This document shows, one piece after another, positions 51,100-60,084 of a DNA stretch of 64,000 nucleotides. The stretch is from Methyloprofundus sedimenti (GTDB lineage Bacteria > Pseudomonadota > Gammaproteobacteria > Methylococcales > Methylomonadaceae), in contig NZ_LPUF01000001.1 of the NCBI RefSeq assembly GCF_002072955.1, forward strand, positions 764,896 to 828,895, in the 5' to 3' direction. Made by a program: the position numbers and the translations under genes. Below the pieces are notes generated by a model. The model saw only the letters and a list, made by a program, of their open reading frames with translations. It had not been told where the DNA came from and did no database searches. Position 1 is the first letter of the stretch, and the number at the start of each line of letters is the position of its first letter.

Positions 51100-51260
51100 T
51101 CCTGGAAACCGCAGTTGAGCACGGATTTTGTGGGAAATCTGAGTGTGAAAGACAAGGCACAGCCCGCAGGCCGTAGCCCTTGGCAAGAGCTGTAACGCCG
51201 TATTTCGTGCTCAGATTTATCCACAAAACCGTGAAACGGAATATAGTCACCCGACAGGTG
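51100..51260. other. GC-rich structured island (candidate ncRNA; identity unknown)
   Basis: Local GC is much higher than the surroundings. Long-range complementarity: cacggattttgtgggaaatctgagtg ... cgtgctcagatttatccacaaaaccgtg. Internal palindrome cttggcaag, and downstream hairpin gtcacccgacaggtgac. Confidence 0.3.
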
Positions 51261-51476
51261 ACAAGCATTTACGATCATTATATTTAATATTCAGTCACTT
51301 ATAATGTTTTATAGCGGTCAATTGCGGTTTCTAGGATTATGCATGAGCCCATGTTTTAACATTAAAATCTGGCTCTCTGTTCCCGTTTTTTAGTATATCG
51401 TTCGTATATACTTCATCTTTTTTTGTATTATTTTCTTGAGGTATTAGCCCAGTGCTTAGGCGTGGATATTGACACT

Positions 51477-52781
51477 ATGTATTACTTCTATATTGCTTTG
51501 TTTTACCTGCTATTACCTTTTTGGTCTATTTTTCATTATGTCAGAGGGCTAAAGAAGAAAGATTACCATGCTCGATGGAAAGAATTTTTAGGCTTTTATG
51601 CAAAAAATCATGCTCAGCAAGTCATCTGGCTGCATGCGGCATCAGTTGGCGAAGTTGAAGCCGCCAATGCCTTGATTAATTATTTTCACGATAACTCTGT
51701 TTATCCTGTGTTAGTAACCACAAGTACAGAGCCTGGATATCAACGTGTTCTGGCTTTGCAGGGCAATAGAGTCGAGCATGTGTATATGCCTCTAGATATG
51801 CCTGATGTCATGTCGCGTTTTTTTAATCATTTTCAGCCCCGGTTAGTGCTGATTATGGAAACGGAGATCTGGCCGGTTTTGTTCACAAAGTGTGCAAATA
51901 AATCGATTCCTCTCTTTATCGTTAATGCAAGATTGTCCGAAACATCTGCTAAAGGTTACCGAAAGCTGCGTTTTTTCTTGCAAAAAGTCTTTGCTGGTAT
52001 TTCAGGTGTTATTGTACAAACAGAAGTGGATGCATTGCGCTATCGTGATATAGGTTTAAACGCAGAAAAAATCAGCGTATCAGGTAATATTAAGTTAGAT
52101 ATGATAATTCCTGCGTCTATAAACGAACAGGCCGCGCAAATTAAGCATAATTTATTCCCCGGGCGCCTGATTTTTATTGTTGGCAGTACTCATCAAGGAG
52201 AGGAAGGACTTTTTTTAAGTGCATATCAACGTTTAAAGCAACAATTTCCATCGCTATTATTAATTTTGGTGCCACGTCAGCCAAAACGAGCGCATGAAAT
52301 TTCCAGCTTATGCCTGGCAGATAAGCTTAGTGTTGTCAGGCGAACAGAAAGTAAGCCCTGTGCGGAATCTACGGATGTATTTTTGGTGGATACTATTGGC
52401 GAACTGAAGCAAATGTATGCGGTTGCAGAGTGTAGTTTTGTTGCGGGTAGTATGGTGCCTATTGGCGGGCATAATATTTTTGAGCCGATATTACTGGATG
52501 TGCCGGTATTATTTGGACCCTACATGAAAAATTCTGAACTATTAGCCCAGCAGTTACTTGATGCGAAAGGGGCGGTGCAATGTTTTAATGTGGAAGATAT
52601 TGTTAACAATGTGGCGCTTGTCCTGAGTCAGCCACAAGTGAAAAATCAATTGGTGAGTGCAGGGCGTGTTTTTGTTGAGCAAAATAAGGGCGCGTTAGGC
52701 AGAACGGTGGAAGTAATTAATCGTTTATGTGGCACGCGCACAAACCCAGACATCAACCTGACTGACACCACTCGACTTTAG
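51477..52781 (+). CDS. waaA: 3-deoxy-D-manno-octulosonic acid (Kdo) transferase
   Basis: IWLHAASVGEVEAANALI and C-terminal GT motifs colinear with KdtA. Start placed at the second Met (MYYFYIALFYLLLPF). Confidence 0.8.
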   Translation: MYYFYIALFYLLLPFWSIFHYVRGLKKKDYHARWKEFLGFYAKNHAQQVIWLHAASVGEVEAANALINYFHDNSVYPVLVTTSTEPGYQRVLALQGNRVEHVYMPLDMPDVMSRFFNHFQPRLVLIMETEIWPVLFTKCANKSIPLFIVNARLSETSAKGYRKLRFFLQKVFAGISGVIVQTEVDALRYRDIGLNAEKISVSGNIKLDMIIPASINEQAAQIKHNLFPGRLIFIVGSTHQGEEGLFLSAYQRLKQQFPSLLLILVPRQPKRAHEISSLCLADKLSVVRRTESKPCAESTDVFLVDTIGELKQMYAVAECSFVAGSMVPIGGHNIFEPILLDVPVLFGPYMKNSELLAQQLLDAKGAVQCFNVEDIVNNVALVLSQPQVKNQLVSAGRVFVEQNKGALGRTVEVINRLCGTRTNPDINLTDTTRL

Positions 52782-53435
52782 GGTTTTAGCCAACTCATTA
52801 GCTGTTGCGCCAGTGGTCATTACGTCATCCAAAATAGCAATATGTCTGGCTTTAGGTGTTTTTATCATCTTAAAGGCATTTTTAATATTTTTGTGTCTTT
52901 GCTTTGCTGTTAAGGAAATTTGATGAGGTGTGTTTTTTACATGTAGACAACAGTTGTTATCAATAGGGATAGACAATTTTTGCGCAATAATTTTGGCGAT
53001 TTCCAGAGTTTGATTAAAGCCCCTTTGCCGGTAACGTTTTGGGTGCAGTGGTACAGGAATAATGAGTTGTGGAAGCTCCGCATTTGTAGCTAGATAGTCT
53101 GTGAGTAGCAGACCTAGTAAACGAGAATTTTTATAGGCACCATTAAATTTGCAGCGATTAATCAGGTAACGCATTGCTCCCTTATGCACAAAAGGTGCAT
53201 AGGTTCTATCAAAAGCGGGATGATTCTTCAGGCATTCACCGCATAATTGTAGATTCAGGCTGTCGCTTGCAAATGGTTTTGCACAACAATAACAATGATT
53301 TCCTCCTTTTATTAACCCGTTGTAACAGGACTGGCAGAGGTCCATGTGCTGCATGCCTCGATTTCCACATAAGATACAGCTAGGCGGTAGCAAACTATAT
53401 TGTATAATATCGTACCAGTTGTTTACTATTTTCAT
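52725..53435 (-). CDS. comF: ComF family protein (zinc-finger + phosphoribosyltransferase domain)
   Basis: N-terminal C..C...C..C cluster. PRTase motif ILDDVMTTGAT. 57-nt convergent overlap with the waaA 3' end. Confidence 0.75.
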   Translation of the reverse strand: MKIVNNWYDIIQYSLLPPSCILCGNRGMQHMDLCQSCYNGLIKGGNHCYCCAKPFASDSLNLQLCGECLKNHPAFDRTYAPFVHKGAMRYLINRCKFNGAYKNSRLLGLLLTDYLATNAELPQLIIPVPLHPKRYRQRGFNQTLEIAKIIAQKLSIPIDNNCCLHVKNTPHQISLTAKQRHKNIKNAFKMIKTPKARHIAILDDVMTTGATANELAKTLKSSGVSQVDVWVCARAT

Positions 53436-53549
53436 TATATTAGGTTGATTAGTTTTGACTTAATCGATCATCCTGAAAAAATTAGTTGTGCTAGATGTTG
53501 TGAGTAACTGATTTTTATTAGAATAATACTGACCGTGGAGGTTAACAGA

Positions 53550-54536
53550 ATGTCATCACATCCAATTAATGCTAATTCTATACTACGTCATAACTGGCAG
53601 CTAGAGGAAGTGAAAGCTTTATTTAGCCAGCCGTTTAATGACTTGCTTTTTCAGGCGCAAAGCATTCACCGCAGTCATTTTGATCCCAATGAAGTGCAAA
53701 TCAGCAGCCTGTTGAGTATTAAAACCGGTTCATGCTCGGAAGATTGCGGGTATTGTCCGCAAAGCGCGCGTTATGATTCAGATTTAACGCCAGAAGCACT
53801 GATGCCCGTTGAGGAGGTCTTGAAATCGGCACAACAGGCAAAGGAAGCCGGTGCCTCACGTTTTTGTATGGGTGCTGCCTGGCGTAGTCCTAAAGATAAA
53901 GATGTCGCACGAGTCGTAGAAATGGTGAAAGGTGTAAAAGCATTGGGTATGGAAACCTGTGTGACTCTGGGGATGCTAAGCGATGAACAGACTAAAACCT
54001 TAAAAGAAGGCGGTCTGGATTATTACAATCATAATCTGGATACTTCAGAAGATTATTATTCAGAAGTGATTACTACCCGAACTTATCAGGATCGTTTGGA
54101 TACTTTAGAACGAGTACGCGATGCCGGTATTAATGTCTGCTGTGGTGGTATTGTCGGCATGGGTGAGAGTGATGATGACCGGGCAAATCTATTAATTGAA
54201 TTGGCGAATTTACCTAAGCATCCGGAAAGTGTGCCGATTAATATGCTGGTACAAGTGGAAGGCACACCTTTGATGGGGACCGATAAGCTGGAGCCATTTA
54301 TGTTTATTCGTATGATTGCCGTCGCACGTATTTTAATGCCGCATTCTCGGGTCAGGTTGTCCGCAGGGCGTACAGATATGTCTGATGAAATGCAGGCTCT
54401 GTGTTTTTTTGCAGGCGCAAATTCTATTTTTTATGGCGATAAGTTATTAACGACTGATAACCCCATGACGAATCATGATTTAGCTTTATTTGATCGTTTG
54501 GGTGTGCGGTCAGCTGGTTCGAGCTACGCAAGCTAA
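53550..54536 (+). CDS. bioB: biotin synthase
   Basis: Radical-SAM [11 protein letters not shown] motif. Start at MSSHPIN, 9 nt after a ggagg RBS. Confidence 0.9.
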   Translation: MSSHPINANSILRHNWQLEEVKALFSQPFNDLLFQAQSIHRSHFDPNEVQISSLLSIKTGSCSEDCGYCPQSARYDSDLTPEALMPVEEVLKSAQQAKEAGASRFCMGAAWRSPKDKDVARVVEMVKGVKALGMETCVTLGMLSDEQTKTLKEGGLDYYNHNLDTSEDYYSEVITTRTYQDRLDTLERVRDAGINVCCGGIVGMGESDDDRANLLIELANLPKHPESVPINMLVQVEGTPLMGTDKLEPFMFIRMIAVARILMPHSRVRLSAGRTDMSDEMQALCFFAGANSIFYGDKLLTTDNPMTNHDLALFDRLGVRSAGSSYAS

Positions 54537-55702
54537 TGTTGATGGATTCGAGTGGTCTAGCGGAGTCACTTGAGTTATTAAAGCAGAACAATTTATATCG
54601 CTCCAGACGGGTGATTGATTCTGTCCGGGGTGTCAATGTACTGGTGGATGGTCGAGAGCTTATAAATTTTTGCAGTAATGACTATTTAGGCCTGGCGAGT
54701 CATCCGGATGTCGTCGCATCATTCCGGCGAGCAGCTAATCAATATGGTGTTGGTAGTGGCTCTGCGCATTTAGTTTGCGGGCATGGGCGAGAGCATCATG
54801 CTTTAGAAGATGAACTGGCGGAGTTTACCGGGAGAGACCGTGCCTTATTATTTTCAACGGGTTATATGGCAAATCTGGGTGTTATAACGGCGCTGATGGG
54901 CAAGGGTGATGTTATTTATCAGGATAGACTGAATCATGCTTCTTTATTAGATGGCGGTTTAATGTCTGGAGCACGATTTAAACGCTACTTGCATAAAGAT
55001 ATGCACAATTTACAACAAAAAATGCATATCCAGTCGCCGGGGCAAAAAGCAATGATTGTAACGGATGGGGTATTTAGTATGGATGGTGATTACGCCCCTT
55101 TACAGGCATTGTCTGCCTTGGCACAGCGACAGGCTGCTTATTTAATGGTAGATGATGCGCATGGCTTTGGTGTGTTAGGTGCCACTGGTGCTGGTTTGGT
55201 GGAGCAGTGCCAGTTAAATCAACAGCAAGTGCCTGTGTTAGTCGGTACATTAGGCAAGGCATTTGGTACCAGCGGCGCATTTGTTGCGGGTTCTGACGTT
55301 CTGATTGAAAGCATCATTCAAAAAGCCAGATCCTATATTTATACCACAGCTTTACCCCCGGCTATTGCCGCTGCAACTAGAACAAGTTTGCTTTATGTTA
55401 AGCAAGATAATTGGCGTAGAGATAAACTAAAGAAACTGGTGCAACGTTTTCAGGCAGGTGTCAGGCAAATAGGTTTATCATTAATGCCTTCTGAATCGGC
55501 TATTCAGCCTATTATGCTAGGTGGCAGTCAGCAAGCAGTACAGGCCAGTGATTATTTATTTCAACAAGGATTTTGGGTCAGTGCGATACGTCCACCGACT
55601 GTACCTCAGGGAAGTGCGCGCTTACGTATTACCTTTTCTGCCTTACATAATGAACAGCAGGTTGATCAGCTATTGAGTGCCTTAGAGTATTTGCCGGTAT
55701 GA
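54536..55702 (+). CDS. bioF: 8-amino-7-oxononanoate synthase
   Basis: PLP-dependent aminotransferase class II with the PLP-Lys region (TLGKAFG). Translationally coupled to bioB. Confidence 0.85.
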   Translation: MLMDSSGLAESLELLKQNNLYRSRRVIDSVRGVNVLVDGRELINFCSNDYLGLASHPDVVASFRRAANQYGVGSGSAHLVCGHGREHHALEDELAEFTGRDRALLFSTGYMANLGVITALMGKGDVIYQDRLNHASLLDGGLMSGARFKRYLHKDMHNLQQKMHIQSPGQKAMIVTDGVFSMDGDYAPLQALSALAQRQAAYLMVDDAHGFGVLGATGAGLVEQCQLNQQQVPVLVGTLGKAFGTSGAFVAGSDVLIESIIQKARSYIYTTALPPAIAAATRTSLLYVKQDNWRRDKLKKLVQRFQAGVRQIGLSLMPSESAIQPIMLGGSQQAVQASDYLFQQGFWVSAIRPPTVPQGSARLRITFSALHNEQQVDQLLSALEYLPV

Positions 55703-56475
55703 CGGCTTTGCATCAGGAAATATACGGGCATGGTGAGCCGATCGTCATGCTGCATGGCTGGGCAATGCATACAGGGGTATGGCGAGATTTTGCGCAATTG
55801 CTGGCGGCAGAGCATCAGGTTGTATGCCTGGATTTGCCAGGGCATGGACGAAGCGCGAGTATTGCTCCTTATACTTTAGACGCAGTCGTGGATGCAATCT
55901 ATACACAGCTACCTGAAAAGGCGAGTGTATTGGTGGGCTGGTCACTGGGTGGGAATATTGCATTACGACTGGCGGAAAAATACCCACAGCGAATTAAATC
56001 CTTACTGCTGATTGCCAATAACCCGCATTTTATCGAAATAGAGTCATGGCCAGGAATGCCTCCCCAGCTTCTTCAAGAGTTTGCTAATAATTTACAAAAC
56101 AACTGTATGCAGACCTTATGGCGATTTTTGAGTTTGCAGGTGCAGGGGAAGGCAGATGTCAAATCCAGTTTAAAGCAAATTAAACGGGCCATGCAAGAAT
56201 GTGCTCTACCTGATCCTGATGCCTTGATGGCTGGCCTGAGCATGTTACAGACAATTGATCAAAGAGACGCTTTAAGCAATTTAAACAAACCTGTACGGAT
56301 GATTTTAGGAGAGTTGGATACCCTGGTGCCGGTATCTGTAGGTAAGCAGTGTCAGTTATTATCCGCGCAGATTGATATAAAAGTTATTCCCGGAGCGGGA
56401 CATATACCTTTTATCTCTGATCAAAAGCTGTTATTGACTCTTATACAGGAATTTATGTTACGGAGTAATCGTTAA
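55699..56475 (+). CDS. bioH: pimeloyl-[ACP] methyl ester esterase (alpha/beta hydrolase)
   Basis: HGWAMH and GWSLGG nucleophile-elbow motifs. Sits between bioF and bioC. Confidence 0.75.
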   Translation: MTALHQEIYGHGEPIVMLHGWAMHTGVWRDFAQLLAAEHQVVCLDLPGHGRSASIAPYTLDAVVDAIYTQLPEKASVLVGWSLGGNIALRLAEKYPQRIKSLLLIANNPHFIEIESWPGMPPQLLQEFANNLQNNCMQTLWRFLSLQVQGKADVKSSLKQIKRAMQECALPDPDALMAGLSMLQTIDQRDALSNLNKPVRMILGELDTLVPVSVGKQCQLLSAQIDIKVIPGAGHIPFISDQKLLLTLIQEFMLRSNR

Positions 56476-57269
56476 TGGCAGGAATTGCACTGGATAAAAG
56501 ACACATCAGACAATCCTTTGCCAATGCAGCGCAAAGTTATGATGCAATGGCTGTTCTGCAACGCCAGGTGGGGCGTGAATTAATCGCTCAGCTTTCCTTC
56601 TCGCATGATGCTTTAGTGGTCGATGTAGGCTGTGGGACTGGTTTTTTTACCCAGCAATTACGCGACAGATCGGTTTTAAAAAATATTATAGCTTTGGATA
56701 TAGCAATGCCTATGCTAATTAAAACCCGGCAACGGCTAAATGATAATAATGTTCCATTACTGTGTGCTGATGTGGAGCGGCTGCCAATAGCAAGTTTTAG
56801 TATTGATGCGATAGTGTCTAATTTAGTCTTGCAGTGGTGTCAGGGTTTAGATCAGTTATTTGTTGATGTGCGTCGAGTTTTACGAGCTCAGGGTCAGTTT
56901 GCATTTTCTACCTTTGGCGAGAGCGCGTTGTGGGAGTTAAAATCGGCTTGGGCGAAAGTTGACGATTATCCGCATGTAAATGATTTTTGTAGTTTGCCGG
57001 AAATTAAACAATTCATGCGGGCAGCAGGCTTCATAGATGTGCAGTTAGAAAGTCGTGTATATCAGGTCAAATATGGAAGCGTTATCGAACTTATGCGTGA
57101 GTTAAAAGGCATCGGTGCGCATAATGTTAATCAGGCACGTAATAAACAGTTAACCACTAAGAGAAATTTACAGTCTTTGCTGGCAGCTTATCCAGTAGAT
57201 GATGACGGCAAGATTACGGCAAGCTATGAAATTATTTATGTACAGGCAAGATCAGGACAGAACATATGA
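56475..57269 (+). CDS. bioC: malonyl-[ACP] O-methyltransferase
   Basis: SAM-binding motif VVDVGCGTG. Confidence 0.8.
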   Translation: MAGIALDKRHIRQSFANAAQSYDAMAVLQRQVGRELIAQLSFSHDALVVDVGCGTGFFTQQLRDRSVLKNIIALDIAMPMLIKTRQRLNDNNVPLLCADVERLPIASFSIDAIVSNLVLQWCQGLDQLFVDVRRVLRAQGQFAFSTFGESALWELKSAWAKVDDYPHVNDFCSLPEIKQFMRAAGFIDVQLESRVYQVKYGSVIELMRELKGIGAHNVNQARNKQLTTKRNLQSLLAAYPVDDDGKITASYEIIYVQARSGQNI

Positions 57270-57937
57270 GCCAGGGTTATTTTATAACTGGAACAGATAC
57301 CGGAATAGGTAAAACCTGGAGCACAATTTCCTTAATGCAGTATTTTAAAAATCAGGGTCAAACTGTCCTTGGCATGAAGCCTATTGCTTCGGGCTGTGAT
57401 CAAGTTGATGGGTGTTTAAGAAATGAGGACGCGCTATTAATACAACGGCAAGCATCGCTAATTCTACCCTATGAAGATGTCAATCCTTATGCATTTGCCT
57501 TGGCAGTTTCACCGCATATTGCTGCTGAACAGGCGGGTGTTGAGATAGATCTGGATAATATTGTTGAAAAATATCAGCAAATTGAAAAACTTGCTGATGT
57601 TGTGCTGGTTGAAGGCGTAGGCGGGTGGTTAGTGCCTTTGAATGCACAGGAAGATGTGGCTGATTTAGCTTTAAAACTGGATTTACCCGTTATTGTAGTT
57701 GTAGGTATCCGTCTGGGATGTATTAATCAGGCAAAACTGACATTTGCAGCTATACAGCAGTCAGGGGTGCAGTGTCATGGCTGGATTGCTTCCTGTATTG
57801 ATCGGGAGATGTTGATGTTAGATGAAAATATACAGACGCTCTGTCAGTCGACAGAGATGCCATTATTGGCTGTATTGTCATATATGGAAAAGCTGGATCC
57901 TGAATGCTTTTCCAGGGAGGTTCGCGCTAAACTTTGA
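57266..57937 (+). CDS. bioD: dethiobiotin synthetase
   Basis: P-loop motif FITGTDTGIGKT. 223 aa. Confidence 0.85.
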   Translation: MSQGYFITGTDTGIGKTWSTISLMQYFKNQGQTVLGMKPIASGCDQVDGCLRNEDALLIQRQASLILPYEDVNPYAFALAVSPHIAAEQAGVEIDLDNIVEKYQQIEKLADVVLVEGVGGWLVPLNAQEDVADLALKLDLPVIVVVGIRLGCINQAKLTFAAIQQSGVQCHGWIASCIDREMLMLDENIQTLCQSTEMPLLAVLSYMEKLDPECFSREVRAKL

Positions 57938-58053
57938 TACCGCAAATCAGGGCGATTTTAAAAAAACCAGCAACTGGCTAAAAGTCAGGTTTCACTTGAT
58001 GAATCCTTTGTGAATTTATGGGGCAAAGTGGTTATGATCATATCAGCCAGGTA

Positions 58054-58086
58054 GGGTGGGCAGGTTTTTTGCCCACCTTGTTTATG
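58054..58086 (+). terminator. putative terminator hairpin downstream of bioD
   Basis: gggtgggc-aggtttttt-gcccacct hairpin followed by a T-rich tract. Confidence 0.4.
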
Positions 58087-58121
58087 GGCAAATGGTAAAG
58101 CTGTTTGTCCACTCTACCAGG

Positions 58122-58553
58122 CTATAATTCGCAATTCGGGACCTGAACACCTTTAGCGAGCGGCAAGTGATCCTGAAGTTGAAACAACTCAAGCATTTTG
58201 TGAGTATCAACCAAATCAGATTTTGCGGGTGCGGGAAAGATCTCTTTAAACCGGGCGAGCTTGAGGTTGTTGACGTTGTAAAGCTGATAACCGTGGCTCT
58301 GAATCTGGCTATCCAATGGTCGAGCCCAGCCATTGTAACCTTCCATAGCAACGTCTACAGGTAGATTGTATAAATGCTCTTGCAGCTTAATACGGCTAAA
58401 AAAATACTGAAACCCTGCTGGTGTATGCGTAATCGAAAATTCATCCAGAATCCCTCCCTCAGAAAGGCCAATAGCCACATAATGCTCGTGACTACCGATA
58501 TCAACTGCAACTTGTAAATGGGCTAAATTATGAATGTTCATGACGGTCTCCAT
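58122..58553 (-). pseudogene. IS110-family transposase, N-terminal DEDD (RuvC-like) domain only (3'-truncated)
   Basis: VAVDIGSHEHYVAIG...PVDVAMEGYNGWARPL...KSDLVDTHKMLEL matches the IS110-family N-terminal domain (VGIDVAK...V..EATG.Y...KTD..DA..LA). The ORF stops after 143 aa, and no C-terminal Tnp domain follows in any frame. Confidence 0.65.
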
Positions 58554-58920
58554 AGGTCAACGTTAACAGTGGATACAACACCATCCTGCGTCTCGTCTAC
58601 TTAGTAGAGCCACAAATGACCCCAAAAAAAGCCACATGAAATCACTCGGCACCATCCCAATAAAGACGTCTCGGACGGCGCAAGTGGCGGGGGCGGCATT
58701 TCAAGTTCGAGCCGTTACCCTAAAGTACGACGGACCCCGTGAGCCACACCCCCACCAAGTTCAATTTTACACCCCTGGCAAGATGCCCGCCACTTGCTTT
58801 GAAGAGAATTCCTGGTTGCTAAATAATCAAAAAAAATTCGGCTTGCACTTGTAGATATAAATATATAGATAACTTTTCCTATAAACATCATATCTATTAC
58901 TCACTTGTCATTTCTCTCCA
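58122..58920 (-). mobile_element. IS110-family element remnant (truncated transposase plus 5' non-coding leader)
   Basis: The transposase fragment plus about 370 nt of upstream non-coding sequence, which contains a GC-rich, highly structured segment (about 58640-58810). Ends at the junction with the bioD' fragment. Confidence 0.5.
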
Positions 58921-58928
58921 TAATTCTA

Positions 58929-59228
58929 TAGTAGACCCTGTTCCCCTGGCTGATTTAGCTCTAAAACTGGATTTACCCGTTATTGTCGTCGTGGGCATCC
59001 GTTTGGGCTGTATTAATCAGGCTAAATTAACATTTGCGGCATTACAAAAAACCGGGGTAAATTGCCTGGGCTGGATTGCTTCTTGTATGGAGCGGGATAT
59101 GCTGATGCGGGATGATAATATACGCACGCTGCGGTCAGTCGATAGATGTGCCTTTGCTGGCAGTATTGCCTTATATGGAAAAGCTGGATCCTGAATATTT
59201 ATCCAGGAAGATTAGCGCTAAACTTTAA
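58929..59228 (+). pseudogene. 5'-truncated, frameshifted second copy of the bioD 3' end
   Basis: About 300 nt colinear with bioD 57659-57937 at about 80-85% identity. Translates to ADLALKLDLPVIVVVGIRLGCINQAKLTFAALQ..., then a 2-nt indel shifts the frame to an early TGA. No N-terminal part of the gene. Confidence 0.7.
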
Positions 59229-59304
59229 AACCATAAAAACTTTAAGTTTATATGGTTTTATGTATAATGTCCTCTCCAATAATAATTAAAAAACGGAGAA
59301 AATA

Positions 59305-59703
59305 ATGGCTTTAATCACTTGGACAGCAGAGCAATATGGTACTGATGTGAGTTTTGCAGATGATGAGCACAAAGTATTGTTTGGTCTATTGAATAAATTA
59401 TATGATCTTGCCACAGGTGGTGCTGATCGTGCAGATATAGGGAATGCACTGGATGCTTTAATTGCCTATGTCGTTGATCATTTTGCGCATGAAGAAAAGG
59501 AAATGGATGCCAAGGGATATGCAGGGCTAGCTGCTCATAAAGCAGAGCATGATGCACTGGTTGGTATTTGTGCTGATTTACAAAAAAAATTCCACGCTGG
59601 TGATATAGAAGTGACTGAAGATACGGGCACTTTTGTTAAGAGTTGGCTGGATAGTCATATTCCTGCATTTGATATGCCTTATGCAGGTGCATTAAACGGC
59701 TAA
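59305..59703 (+). CDS. bacteriohemerythrin
   Basis: Hemerythrin His/Glu ligand pattern (DDEHKVLF ... HFAHEEKEM ... HKAEHDAL ... WLDSHI). 132 aa. Confidence 0.8.
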   Translation: MALITWTAEQYGTDVSFADDEHKVLFGLLNKLYDLATGGADRADIGNALDALIAYVVDHFAHEEKEMDAKGYAGLAAHKAEHDALVGICADLQKKFHAGDIEVTEDTGTFVKSWLDSHIPAFDMPYAGALNG

Positions 59704-59727
59704 ATGTATACAGTACATTGTAATCAG

Positions 59728-59764
59728 AAAGGGCCTGTGAGTTTTCTTGCAGGCCCTTTTTTAT
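59728..59764 (+). terminator. rho-independent terminator after the hemerythrin gene
   Basis: gggcctg-(loop)-caggccc stem followed by T6. Confidence 0.7.
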
Positions 59765-60084
59765 TGACTAATAAAGTACAGTTAATAATGATGTGTGATT
59801 TTGATGTATATGATTTAAGTAAAAATATAAGGAAAGAGTATGTGGTTTAGTACATATATTAATTTATAAAGCTTTAAAAGAGAAAAACATCCCTAGCTTA
59901 GCAGAGACTCATGAGTTAAAATTACGAAGTTTTTTGTGATAACAATAAAAAGGATTGCGGCAAAGGGAGTAAAAGCTGATCACAACGATTTTGGAACAGG
60001 AATAGCTCATATTTAGACGCTAGGTCGACGTTCCGCGTTTAATGCATTCAATCAGTTTATTATTAATAGAGAGGAGGTTACTCC

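Noticed and set aside
51090-51262. Assignment of the GC-rich structured island after rplI as 6S RNA (ssrS)
   Set aside because: A closed rod-like fold is plausible, but I cannot recognise the conserved 6S central-bubble sequence. The genomic context is also wrong: 6S is usually upstream of the 5-formyl-THF cyclo-ligase gene. It is left as an unnamed candidate structured element.
50957-51278. Minus-strand ORFs 50957-51268 and 51090-51278 (103 and 62 aa)
   Set aside because: They are open only because the GC-rich structured island lacks stop codons. They overlap the rplI terminator, and there is no RBS or homology.
58082-58854. ORFs 58082-58351 (-), 58167-58364 (+), 58636-58854 (+) in the IS110 remnant region
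   Set aside because: They are different frames or the antisense strand of the IS110 transposase fragment and its GC-rich leader. None continues the transposase or shows Transposase_20-type motifs. They are regarded as non-coding.
58991-59194. 67-aa ORF annotated as a possible standalone gene
   Set aside because: It is the internal in-frame part of the frameshifted bioD 3' duplicate (MGIRLGCINQAKLTFAAL...). It lacks the N-terminal two-thirds of BioD, including the P-loop. It is called a pseudogene fragment.
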